DNA of 62,127 nucleotides from Thermoanaerobaculia bacterium (GCA_036387915.1 DASVSV010000208.1:1-62127), one strand, 5' to 3'; positions 48,001 to 52,451 are shown, counted from the stretch's first letter. Notes: generated by a model from the sequence alone, not told the origin. Numbers and translations: made by a program.

Positions 48001-50924
48001 ACCAGGTTCACGAAGTGCACGCGGCCGGGGAGACGCACCGCGCCGTTGAGCTTCGTCAGCTTGTCATCCGTCGAGACGGCCTCGAGCTCGTACGTGCCGC
48101 TGATGTTGTTGTCGATGTCGCGCGCGACGAACTCGAACAGGAACGCGCCGTCGCTGGCGCGCGAGAGGTCGTACTGCGGCGCGGAGCCGGCGTACAGACG
48201 CACTTCGGCATTGGCCACGGGCGTGTTGTCGCCCTGCAGCACGTGGCCGAAGATGATGCCGCCCGGCGCGTCGTTGTCGATCACCGGCACGAGCGCGCTC
48301 GGGAACGCCACCGTCGCGCCGCTGAGCGGGTCCACGAACGGCGAGACGCTGAGCGTATACGACGCGTTCTGCGACAGCGCGTGGTCGAACGTGACGTTCG
48401 CGACACGGTTGCCTTCCTGCAGCGCGGCCGAGGACATCGGCCGCGCGCCGGTGTAGCTCACGCCGTCGCGGTTGAGCACGACCTGCGCGGCGAACTTGGT
48501 CAGCAGGTCGTCGCCCGGGGCGACGCCGACGGGACGGTTCCAGAGCACGCTCACCTTGTGGCCCTCGGCGTCGAGATGAAGGTCCTGGCGCGCGCCGATC
48601 AGACGGACCGGCTGCGGCGTGACGGTGCTCAGCGTGCCCGTCGCGGCGATGCCGCCGATGGTGTTGCGCGCCTCGAGCTTCGTCGCGCCGCGCGTGACGA
48701 GAACGGTCAGCGGCGTGTTGGCCGCGCCGTTGAGATCGATGTGGCCGCGGATGACGGTGCCTTCAGTCGTCGCGGGGAGAATGACGTCGAGCGCGATCGG
48801 GCCGTCGGCCGTCGGGACGACGGTCAGCTCGTAGTCGTCGACCCAGCGGCCGACCATGGCCAGCTCGCCGGTCTTGAACGTCGTCACCTCGGCGAACGGC
48901 AACTGGCGGATCCAGCCCGACGCCGCTTCGCTCGCAACCGCGGCGCGCGCGTTCGAGGTCACGCCGCTGATCGAAAGCTTGCCGCCGTTCGTAACGGCGA
49001 GGAGGTACGGCGCGCGCCACGCGGTGGCGGAGGCGAAGCGGTCGACGAATTCGGTCTGCGAGGACGAATGCGCTTCGAGCTGACGCGAGATCGCGGCCGC
49101 GGCCTTGCGCCCGCTGATCTCGTTGCGGCGCAGCTCGTCCCACTCGCGCAGCTCGTTGCCGTTGCCGAGCAGGTCGAGCGACATGTGCGCGAGCGAGTCG
49201 TGTTGTGTGTCGCCGAGGAAGACCCGCTGGCCGGCGCGGGCGATGTCGACGGCGCGCTGGAAGACGTCGCTCTTGATGACGTTCGGATGCTTCGCCAGCG
49301 CGGGCGTGAGCGGCGCGGTGGCGAGCGAGTAGCCGAGGCCGAGGAGCTGCAGGTTGGCCGAGACCATGGCCTCGTCGACGAAGCGGGCGTAGTACGGCAT
49401 CACCAGCGTGGCCGGCGACAGCGGAATGCCGCTCTCGCTCACGCCCATGTGCAACTGCACGGCGGCCGTGATGGCGGCGTCGCTGACCGAGCCGGCGGTG
49501 GCGAAGACCTGGCCGGTGACGCTCGAGCGCAGCTTGTATTCGATGCTGCGCATCTCCCCCGCGGGGATGGAGAGCTCGGTGAACTCGGAGGTGCCGTCGA
49601 CGCGGCAGACGTTCGCGCCCGGCGAGTCCGCGCAGGCGGGGAGGCCGCTGGAGACGCGGATGTTCTGCGTCGCCGCCGACATGTTGGTGATGAAGGAGAA
49701 GGTGGTGTAGTCGAGCCCTTCGCGGACCGTGTCGGGATGCGAGAAGTTGATGTTGAAGCGCGGGTCGTGCACGACCACGGTCGCGCGCGCGGTGCCCTTC
49801 ATCGGAAAGTCGTTCTGGCCCGGCGCCTTGTAGGTGGCGCGCACGTCCACTTCGACGGTGTGCGTGCCGGGCTGCAGCCCTTCCATCGTCCAGTCGGCCT
49901 CCCCTTTGCCCTGCGCGACGAGGAACGTGACGCCGGTGGTGGCGTCGACGATCGGCACGGGCTGGCCGAAGGCGACGGACGGATTCGACTTCACCGTGCG
50001 CAGGTGCGCGGGCGGCTTGAGCGTCGCGGTGACGCCGTCGAGGGTCACGCTGCTGCCGTCCGGCGCGCCGTTCGTCACCATCAGCGTGACGGCGAAGAAC
50101 TGGTGCAGCACGGCCATGCTGTTCGGGATGACCAGCGCCGCCGGGATCGACGCGGCTCGGCCGCCGCCTCCGCCCGCGGGTGGCGGCGGTGCGCCGCTTG
50201 CCGGGAGGTCGGGGCCGATTTCGAAGGCCAGGATCTCCGGCGGCTGCCAGCGCGGCGGGAGGATCGTGTTGACCGGCGGCAGGAAGTAGCCCTCCGGCGG
50301 CGTCAGCGCCCGCGCCTCGTGCGTGCGCGGATCGACGATGACCGGGAACGGCACTTCGACGATCTGGCCGTTGATCAGGAAGGAGAAGGTGTATTCGTAG
50401 ACGTCGTAGTTGCGCGCGTCGATGGTGATGCCGCGGGCGCGCAGCTCTTCCGGCGTGAGCTGGCGCACGCGGACGCTGGTCTGCAGCAGGTTGGAAACGG
50501 TGATCGTGGCGACAGCCGGCGTCGCGGACTGCAGGAACTCGCCGCCCTTCATCAGGCGGATGTTCTGGAGAAAGTAGACGCCTTCGCGGGCCAGGCCGGG
50601 GATCTGGAACTTGTGGCCGGGCGCGGCCTCGAGACGGATCGGCACTTCGATGCCGGGGCCGCTCAGCTCCGCGACGGCGAGGAGCTCTTCGACGACCGGA
50701 GCCTCGTCATTCTGCTTGCCGCCGAACTCCGTCTGGATGGCCGCGGGAATGTCGATGCCGGTGGTCGCCGAGATGGTGACGACTTTCAGCCCGACGCCCT
50801 GGATCTGCAGGTCGGCGGAGCTGATCTCTCCCGCCAGCGCGGACGACACGGCCGCGAAGGCTGCCAGGAGAGACACGAAGACGGCTGGCGCGGAGCGCCT
50901 GGCGCTGCTGATCCGTTGTTTCAC
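33099..50924 (-). CDS. Giant (5,941 aa) secreted beta-rich surface protein with CarboxypepD_reg array, Ig-like domains, Gly-rich beta-helix-like modules and LVIVD propeller modules
   Basis: Uninterrupted 17.8-kb ORF with a GTG start and signal peptide MKQRISSARRSAPAVFVSLLAAFAAVSSALA/GE. The modular repeat content is listed in the sub-features. Confidence 0.9.
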   Translation of the reverse strand: MKQRISSARRSAPAVFVSLLAAFAAVSSALAGEISSADLQIQGVGLKVVTISATTGIDIPAAIQTEFGGKQNDEAPVVEELLAVAELSGPGIEVPIRLEAAPGHKFQIPGLAREGVYFLQNIRLMKGGEFLQSATPAVATITVSNLLQTSVRVRQLTPEELRARGITIDARNYDVYEYTFSFLINGQIVEVPFPVIVDPRTHEARALTPPEGYFLPPVNTILPPRWQPPEILAFEIGPDLPASGAPPPPAGGGGGRAASIPAALVIPNSMAVLHQFFAVTLMVTNGAPDGSSVTLDGVTATLKPPAHLRTVKSNPSVAFGQPVPIVDATTGVTFLVAQGKGEADWTMEGLQPGTHTVEVDVRATYKAPGQNDFPMKGTARATVVVHDPRFNINFSHPDTVREGLDYTTFSFITNMSAATQNIRVSSGLPACADSPGANVCRVDGTSEFTELSIPAGEMRSIEYKLRSSVTGQVFATAGSVSDAAITAAVQLHMGVSESGIPLSPATLVMPYYARFVDEAMVSANLQLLGLGYSLATAPLTPALAKHPNVIKSDVFQRAVDIARAGQRVFLGDTQHDSLAHMSLDLLGNGNELREWDELRRNEISGRKAAAAISRQLEAHSSSQTEFVDRFASATAWRAPYLLAVTNGGKLSISGVTSNARAAVASEAASGWIRQLPFAEVTTFKTGELAMVGRWVDDYELTVVPTADGPIALDVILPATTEGTVIRGHIDLNGAANTPLTVLVTRGATKLEARNTIGGIAATGTLSTVTPQPVRLIGARQDLHLDAEGHKVSVLWNRPVGVAPGDDLLTKFAAQVVLNRDGVSYTGARPMSSAALQEGNRVANVTFDHALSQNASYTLSVSPFVDPLSGATVAFPSALVPVIDNDAPGGIIFGHVLQGDNTPVANAEVRLYAGSAPQYDLSRASDGAFLFEFVARDIDNNISGTYELEAVSTDDKLTKLNGAVRLPGRVHFVNLVFLGRGSAEGVVRYDNGEVVKEARVVVGSTMFDQFRQTTTDANGRYSVTDLPVGPLTFSATDADGNVTFAASEIKTPGQRLVRDLSIYRRPHPGIATIGGVVRRSDTNGVVANARVGVYTQGYGLVDGYTDTSGRFTFTKVPAGFVTVLAAEWNVSREATALDFDLAADETRELTLILNVKPAEALVVVEGDVTRENPLFPGDTSKYERVPGALVKIEGAQATTADANGHFVFPSIPTSFAGKKIAAYDPITTRSATVFVPQLNPQVTNFVPIFISTADGYGTGTVRVKLLNAAGSAVSGFRVIEPGFPPLGPTPLEEKSGGVYELKDVAVGGTTTVWAIGDGNGTYGDQTATGSAKVEFNGHVASLTLRLPGQGKVRTKLAADIDLIGDVSLVYPAWEEETQGLAPKTRSASTAVNGQPDFATFDKVPALQNFTASSAHPVYGYASNSTKLGFDGDVATITLQLNKLSTVSGVIYAVDGRTPIPGAAVRIEDGRQNPGIFTSRPDGSFEFKNVAAGVGFRVIADITQDGVYRTGLATGNTPSLGGPVSNIAVIMRTQGSIDGRVVYAGYKVFDPQNSANNVVDNTPNDLSDNAPVPLANFALKELDFPLRDFGKAGDWQTTDIAGRFRFSNVFTGPLRITAADPANQDIRGTWTGTLSQEGEHITAYVGIGATGFGPVTVRVVDPNAQNAGVANAEVTLIRDRDVFDLGTTDGNGVIRFAEVPVGTLYKITAYSKALGKSGGTGQFTVVNLTGADREVVLEFSGRVDGKLSDPEAAGRGVPGAPVTLSMTAFQTRASTDTAGVFLFEGVREGIFKLEAKDTLTNRRAFASRNLSQSDPNPFVTLELEPIETLHASVYLPNDTGGNSNVLAPVVSMEVRQRNDDFLRELQGNNFQMQGVLENETYSIVVKEIGGEQRTINTTGKFPKGSAADPLKLVLPAHGTVDVRVVQGATPSVNAKVTVSGGSKSVIVYTDATGLATARGIPLGAAYVQVVSQDNAFSGSASTTLASQTTAASVTVTLGAYAAVAGYVEAEAGGPSIGTRVIASFSSRVLEMLTDSGGRYVFNGIPTSTTVTLTYMGPNDVTVGARQTVNVALGDASKTVNAPNVKLDATPPTVVSIFPANNASNVSPDSSVRLIFSERIQSTYLNTNYLQLIPADSTTPVSTSFVSSVNADGTFTVIATPPAAPAGQKFPLKSNTLYRIVVSGEVRDLTGNKLPAPRGASFITSDYAEPQVVKVVPAVTQALQPATTFEFRWNEPIEPGQLRFYKISAAGAGGTVVAEKQGNTFLDPAHGLTLFFTPNEEIEQESFYRVVISGVKDLQGNPAATQTFHFFSYDLVKPFVNFVSPVPAEFPLISGVEYTLGVDVRNGTAAGTTATDVAKVDYFKVDGSTSTYIYTASAAPWTYKFVAPDTTGGGTTLTLRAVATDHSRNEGDPSSITWQVKPNAAPKNVAITLAPPTSIYAGNHALATVTFEDEGTFAALQIEARGTKRDGTPFVATQTKNMTRVKVNDPWPTASFDFDLVPQLQSGTKVAFKAIVTDVRGLKAEDLAELDLTLDTVAPEIITFSPAAQTEYRIGDKFQISTVVKDLETGVAEVAFSFDNQTIRVTPGNALFVKSSNGTWAVASGQITVPAKNVDTVIPITVTVKDYDNNVISRSTEVVYIGVNDPTVPKGAWACPAERAAYPANATFALKLQARATDDISVTGVKFTIPGVANPVPALRVGSTDIFEATATITTPAAGTPYALTVTISDANPSHDLTINIPLELVDVDLTVENRIQAVTAADASTYTGKTILVRGATAKFIPHVPLTLRNLLVLDGGRVETLPTTTTTEHRLDLNVTNNLTVDCASAIDVSGRGYLGGWATSADGTGLKNNDQRGRTAGNTSEGGPSTYASASHAGVGGETANTTGVTNAVYGSITNPADLGTGGGGGVNSGNAGASGGGAVKLQGSVFSIAGAIRADGNPRAGDGNAGAGGSVNVTVAQLVTGISARITANGGDDDGSPNNSRGAGGGRVAINASERFDVESVGVQVQSRGGRNDTTAEAAAYLDGGAGTIYVRRPGQSLGELFVSAYDDRFPASVHLTRPTPLSGTLRFDRVVLGQRALVRADASIEINGATDNRTAAVIDPTAVLVLKNDVPVLTATTAPVAGGTVHQGGTLGLNYAVTSAAGIGSVTASWSPVTPDRVDAHFSYPTAPTSNTSLTVPADAVIGPATLTLSARDRAGRTTQLAPVTYTVAANAPVVIDKFEAAPMSFYPGNNVTVTISAHDDVKVNKLTLTSSIVPTSPQSQTVTLNAPTVVDRKFTFAVPNTTPGGQNLVFDLVAEDGYPGRPSTTQQLAVQIIKDTVAPAVTITQPAANTLFNEGTGNTILVRATVNDVEVGVKSVVLQIGDGAQVPMTWTGSQYTVTVPVPPVDGTEIVTRPLTVIAKDYEGNTSSPSVDIRIQPNTDPNAPSINFVCATPNSIYPAGYPVKLRVFAVGNTVGNASNGIQKVEMFIGDSTTPVLATGVSGLTSHYETTFTIPADAVAGTTYNVRAVATNAAGSQESVATTFSVVTGTVISANTTIAANDTSFDNKTVIVRAGVTTIVGAHTFERLVVLDGALVTHPATDATNVHRLTFTATGAVYVSCTGAIDVNSRGITGNVSGTAYTYDPATGKPTLTGGATGRSSGSHGGAGTANTAGNVAEVYGSMFDPDEPGGAGSSSSTTCAACRAGGGVVRITAGTVHVDGSIQANGQQDDASGAGGSIRIDAPVIRGGGQIRADGGINGSGASGGGGRIAFYYRDFSLSTAKVSAASLQASGTLAGASGTVYYHRLDANGAKVSNELVADNLGRVTLNGTTLLHAGAGTVTAVSGNTLTLSNAVPFDVEGTRIQLLDANGDVTEEHEVTARSTNGVTVNGNVAASAGVAYRGIVRADRITARGGAILQSTALSAPSFTGGTNGIIRTPLVHSAGDVAIENGGIVEVNGTLMARNLALRTGANLTHSRATSTLINRLNVDVDQTITIDPLSMIDVSIRGLTGVVGGVGTTYDSTTGKPTLTGGATNLSGGSHAGQGGLAVATATLGATYGSAVNPNAPGSAGAMSGTGSCSLCKSGGGVARIAATRIVVDGKILANGEAADGAGAGGSIRVDADVIEGAGEIHADGGIGVSGASGGGGRIALYYGTLSIPQAKITALAPQSNAVSTVGAPGTVYLKADNAALGDLIVDNGTRATSRHTRLSTIGYSTATEVGTAFVRDANASYPGQNQLEGVRVVANYDRTKSWPIVSNDNKTLTVDVAANALTAAAGQPLRGLHRFAGVKLRNARLDVIDLVETTTTIDKDAPSVLLGNNQAPPAVNAALITLQQTATGSAVIGAAGAVIDLDAPVTVFATNTTSGNVYNVAVGADGSFAVPVQGSAGETITLKARDANFYALESTLLTVGTLTNGTSTPSQIAKSEWAVDAAFLPRTFSRDGAYAAVASYPTSNGGSPTVVTLSVSDVARPAHLRTVNLGISFVRDVVVSNGWAYIAADRFATLKLDDPAAVPVLANANASGSESAVVLAGGYAFTAEWDWHNDARLHIYDVSVPSVPRYLRSQGMGIGGTRFSDLIAFGSDYLIGVSYDRPGNVGRDVVVIDRRDVQNLKLVSQLDVPNFDGFRGTIVGTNLYVGSLSSNQFVVVDLSNPAAPRVSGTVAIPAAAPGVTVAGNDAFAAAGAAGVATIDVGAPAAPAHVGTNAVTGNAFDVSIVGPYLYVANELGLALVPVQVAPSINLSRISLSLTGTSVTVTGAAQAIGGAMPIAAEVRNARSGAAVTATVQSDGSFTAVLEAAAYDTITVKATDTFAKVNGPLVAGRVPFGAQSRSVVIPTSNTDANFMARNVATGGDHVIVASFPALNASDKLVLFDVSTRANPVYKRTLGTGAGNVYDVAVRNNWAYVAAERLVLLDLADPASVPTYAANGNPSGSESAVELIDGYAFTAEWDWHNDARVHIYDVSTPAAPRYIRSQGLGIGGHRFADLVAYGTDYLIGISYDRPGNIGRDVVVIDRRDIYNLKRFGELEIPNFDAFQARVVGTNLYVTGATSMAVVDLANPAAPALRGLVQTPGNPRAIATAGSLLAVADSSAGATFVDASPAGLPAVLGNQPLGGSAWDAAFNGTTLYVANEIGLAVIDGLATPPLIDRSLIRTSGDGVSAATVIGTAGALLGYGPLEAEVRNGRTGVSAAAVVGGNGSFNAQLTGKPGDPLTIKVTDAAGRVSGPLTLGNVPFGLQTRHITLTAAMTMTDSNFGARTVAADGDDLVVASFPTITSSDKLLLFDVTTPGNPVYERTLATGAGIVSDVDVKNGWAYIAAERLITLNLSSTTSTLNYAANGNPSGSESAVELVDGYAFTAEWDWHNDGRVHVYDVTSPGTPLYIRSQGVGVGGMRFNDLIAFGTDYLIGTSYDRPNNIGRDVLVIDRRDIHNLRLVSQLDIPNFDAFHGRVLGNRAYINGTNGSVAIVDLSNPAAPVVLSTVYLGAARNLDIAGSVLAVANGANGINMIDVTNALAPLETGSQPVPGSAYDVALSRGAMYVASELGVTAIANVALPPMLNESLLTVTPALTATTVTGAALAATGIAPLTAHVTNTVTSVPSPSVTVNANGSFTATVAATPAQKLTVTITDAAGRTTTRDLTPMHGVVTSVVTNPVTAADGNFRARRIVSDGTNTVAMTGSFYGTAIGGSARYMLHRKGQSPQYFFSNSGALNDVVFANGYAFFAAERIATVNLTDPAMTMNVATNGNPSGSEGAIAVAGDYAFTAEKDWHNDARIHIYNVANPAAPLYVRSQGMGTGGLLWRSLVTMGSSYLIALTTDRPGGIGHDIAVIHRTNINALVKIADIDIPNFEPLDAMLDGNTLYVAGGDAGVAIVDMTNPFTPTVKTIVNTPGIARGIDMAGPNHLAVADAGGPGVTFVDVTNKSAPVILGNQKTPGNVTDVDVAGNTIFVAGENHYTTIVWPQE
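33102..37727 (-). repeat. Four tandem LVIVD-propeller (+ Ig-like) modules at the C-terminus of the 5,941-aa protein
   Basis: Modules cover residues about 4400-4807, 4808-5215, 4 5216-5623 (408 aa each for the last two) and 5624-5941 (lacking the Ig part). They share GNPSGSESAVEL.DGYAFTAEWDWHNDARVHIYDV..P..P.Y.RSQG.G.GG.RF.DL.A.G.DYLIG.SYDRP.N.GRDV.VIDRRD. A DNA-level period of 1,224 nt is visible, for example GTGCCAGTCCCACTCCGC near 34.9, 36.1 and 37.3 kb. Confidence 0.85.
38370..39092 (-). repeat. Glycine-rich beta-helix-like module 3 (about residues 3945-4185)
   Basis: GKPTLTGGATNLSGGSHAGQGG...GTGSCSLCKSGGGVARIAA...GAGGSIRVDADVIEGAGEIHADGGIGVSGASGGGGRIALYY. This module is paralogous to module 2. 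Confidence 0.7.
39510..40322 (-). repeat. Glycine-rich beta-helix-like module 2 (about residues 3535-3805)
   Basis: GKPTLTGGATGRSSGSHGGAGT...SSSTTCAACRAGGGVVRITAG...GAGGSIRIDAPVIRGGGQIRADGGINGSGASGGGGRIAFYY. DNA-level similarity to module 3 occurs at an offset of 1,140 nt; compare 38533 and 39673. Confidence 0.7.
41775..42677 (-). repeat. Glycine-rich beta-helix-like module 1 (about residues 2750-3050), more diverged
   Basis: GGGGGVNSGNAGASGGGAVKLQG...AGAGGSVNVTVAQLV...SRGAGGGRVAINAS...GGAGTIYV. This module lacks the CxxC pair seen in modules 2 and 3. Confidence 0.6.
43995..44669 (-). other. Two SbsA_Ig/Big_5-like domains
   Basis: PTVVSIFPANNASNVSPDSSVRLIFSERI... and PQVVKVVPAVTQALQPATTFEFRWNEPI... 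Confidence 0.65.
44670..48272 (-). repeat. Array of at least 10 carboxypeptidase-regulatory-like (TTR-like) domains (about residues 885-2085)
   Basis: The pattern G.V......PV..A.V........TD..G.F.F..VP.G...... recurs about every 85-95 aa. Examples are TTTDANGRYSVTDLPVGPLTFSA, YTDTSGRFTFTKVPAGFVTVLA, TTADANGHFVFPSIP, TSRPDGSFEFKNVAAG, TTDGNGVIRFAEVPVGTLYKITA and LTDSGGRYVFNGIP. Confidence 0.75.
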
Positions 50925-50934
50925 GCATTGCCCC

Positions 50935-51786
50935 CTACGGAACGTTCGGGACCGGGGATGACGGGCGGTTCATCAGTTCGAGCTCGTTGGCCACGGCCAC
51001 GTAGCGCGAGACGACCAGACGCGCACCGGCGGGGATGGAGACGAGATCGGCGGGCGGCTGCTCGATGCCGACCCGGACCACGCTCGAGCGGAGCTCGATG
51101 GTGGTCTGGTCGTCGAGGCCGATGGTGATGCGCTGCTCGATGGGGAGCGCGTACAGCTCCTGCGTTGCGGCGGTGGCATTGGTGGAGACGTTGCCGCGGC
51201 GCTGCTCGCGCGTGACGGCGGCGCTCATCACCGCATCGTGCTCGGGGCGTTTGGCGGCCGGATACGCGGCGCCGAGGAGGACTTCCAGCGCGGCTTTGGA
51301 CACGCGGGCGGTGGGGTCGAGCGCGATCTCGACTTTCTGCTTCATGCCCGCCGCGCCGACTTCGGCCTCGAAGTATTCGGCGTTGCGGCCGAGCTTCGTG
51401 GCGCGCATGCCGGTGCTGCGCATCGCGGACGTCGCGCGCGCTTCGGCGCGATCTTCCTTCACCGGCGCCGCTCCGCCGCCGCCGGCCATGGCCACGGCCC
51501 TGGCGATGAGGTCGAAGCGGGTCACGCTGTACGTCGCGGCGTCGCGGTCGATCTCGGTCAGCTCACCGCGCTCGTAGTCGGCGATGGAGGTCTTCGCGCC
51601 GCGCACGGACACCAGGCGGTTGCCGTAGCCGTACTCTTCGAGCACGACGGTGGTATCGGCCAGCGGGTCGTGGACCTGACGCGTGAGGTGCAGCGGCGTC
51701 GGAAACAACGGCTCCGCCGCGCCTGCAGAAGACGACACCAACACCGACAGCAGCGCGCAAAGCGCCGACAGCGCAGCTCTCATCAT
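50935..51786 (-). CDS. Secreted protein of unknown function, first gene of the giant operon
   Basis: ATG 51786 is preceded by AAGGAG at a 6-nt spacing. Signal peptide MMRAALSALCALLSVLVSSSAGA/AEP. The stop lies 10 nt before the GTG of the 5,941-aa gene. The longest ORF (51888) would add a non-signal-like extension. Confidence 0.7.
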   Translation of the reverse strand: MMRAALSALCALLSVLVSSSAGAAEPLFPTPLHLTRQVHDPLADTTVVLEEYGYGNRLVSVRGAKTSIADYERGELTEIDRDAATYSVTRFDLIARAVAMAGGGGAAPVKEDRAEARATSAMRSTGMRATKLGRNAEYFEAEVGAAGMKQKVEIALDPTARVSKAALEVLLGAAYPAAKRPEHDAVMSAAVTREQRRGNVSTNATAATQELYALPIEQRITIGLDDQTTIELRSSVVRVGIEQPPADLVSIPAGARLVVSRYVAVANELELMNRPSSPVPNVP

Positions 51787-51815
51787 GAGAGGCTCCTTGG
51801 ACTTTACCGGACGTA

Positions 51816-51858
51816 TGGACGACCCGCCTGGACGATTGGACGGAACGACGTGTGGACG
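51816..51858. promoter_or_regulatory. Cluster of four TGGACG direct repeats (CGTCCA on the operon strand) in the leader of the giant operon
   Basis: TGGACG occurs at 51816, 51829, 51837 and 51853, with a fifth GGACG at about 51809. All lie between the candidate promoter and the Shine-Dalgarno of the first operon gene. Confidence 0.5.
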
Positions 51859-51859
51859 G

Positions 51860-51888
51860 AAAATAGCGAATCCGGCCAATAAAGGCAA
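51860..51888 (-). promoter_or_regulatory. Candidate sigma70-type promoter of the giant operon
   Basis: The minus strand reads TTGCCT-17 nt-TATTTT. This is by-eye only, with no experimental support. Confidence 0.3.
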
Positions 51889-51946
51889 CGGAAAGGTTGC
51901 TGAATCGTTACCGGGCTCAGCTCATTTGACAGGGGGCGTTCAGACC

Positions 51947-51960
51947 GTCAAGATGTTGAC
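51947..51960. promoter_or_regulatory. Palindrome GTCAAGATGTTGAC immediately upstream of the MarR start (candidate operator)
   Basis: GTCAA/TTGAC half sites lie 3 nt before ATG 51964. A TTGACA -35-like hexamer sits at 51926-51931. A near-identical motif occurs at 55352-55365. Confidence 0.4.
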
Positions 51961-51963
51961 CAC

Positions 51964-52392
51964 ATGCCGGGCGAACGCGATCTGGTCACGGGCGTCATTC
52001 AGCTCGCGAACCTTCTCAGCCGCCGGCTCGGACCGCTCTTCGGCAAGTCCAAAGTGACCCCGCAGCAGTGGGCCGTGCTCTCGGCCCTGGCCGCCGAAAA
52101 CGCCCCCACCACGCTGGTCGCCCTCTCCCGCCGCCTCGGCGTGACCAAGCAGAACATGACCGGCATGATCGCCCGCCTCGAACAGCTCGGCCTCGCCGAG
52201 CGCAACGACGACCCCCAGGACCTCCGCTCCTCCCGCGTGGCCCTCACCCGCCGCGGCCGCACCCTCGTCGAAAAAGTCCGCCCCGCCTACGACCAATGGC
52301 TCGCCACCCTCGGCAACGGCACGCTCTCCGAACGCGAGCTGCAAACGCTCGCGCGCAACGTCGAGCGGCTCATCGAGACGCTGGAAGCTTAG
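51964..52392 (+). CDS. MarR-family transcriptional regulator
   Basis: 142 aa with a winged-HTH pattern (TPQQWAVLSALA....TLVALSRRLGVTKQNMTGMIARLEQLGLAER..DPQDLRSSRVALT..G). It is divergent from the giant operon. Confidence 0.88.
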   Translation: MPGERDLVTGVIQLANLLSRRLGPLFGKSKVTPQQWAVLSALAAENAPTTLVALSRRLGVTKQNMTGMIARLEQLGLAERNDDPQDLRSSRVALTRRGRTLVEKVRPAYDQWLATLGNGTLSERELQTLARNVERLIETLEA

Positions 52393-52451
52393 GACTCGAC
52401 TCGCTGAGTTCGGTCACGCCGCCGCGACGGCGGCGGTCCGTTGGGACGGTC

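Noticed and set aside
50922-50937. An alternative ATG (50926-50928) as the start of the 5,941-aa gene.
   Set aside because: It is out of frame with the long ORF. The in-frame GTG at 50924 gives a canonical signal peptide and is preceded by a G-rich Shine-Dalgarno-like stretch.
19272-51128. Very long plus-strand ORFs overlapping the giant genes (19272-23771, 23808-28733, 30627-34160, 36039-39650, 39828-42035, 42309-47390, 47727-51128).
   Set aside because: They are antisense shadows of the two giant minus-strand genes in a ~70% GC genome. Their translations are low-complexity Arg/Gly/Asp/Ala/Val strings (RRRGGR, DGDG, HRR) with no domain signatures. The minus-strand frames carry signal peptides, Ig, TTR, LVIVD and RHS motifs and coherent repeat structure.
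15202-51786. The giant operon as a recently acquired mobile island.
   Set aside because: I found no integrase, transposase, tRNA attachment site or flanking direct repeats. GC content and codon style look like the flanks by eye, and the locus is packed tightly against eno with a 10-nt convergent gap. Horizontal origin cannot be excluded without compositional statistics and comparative genomics.
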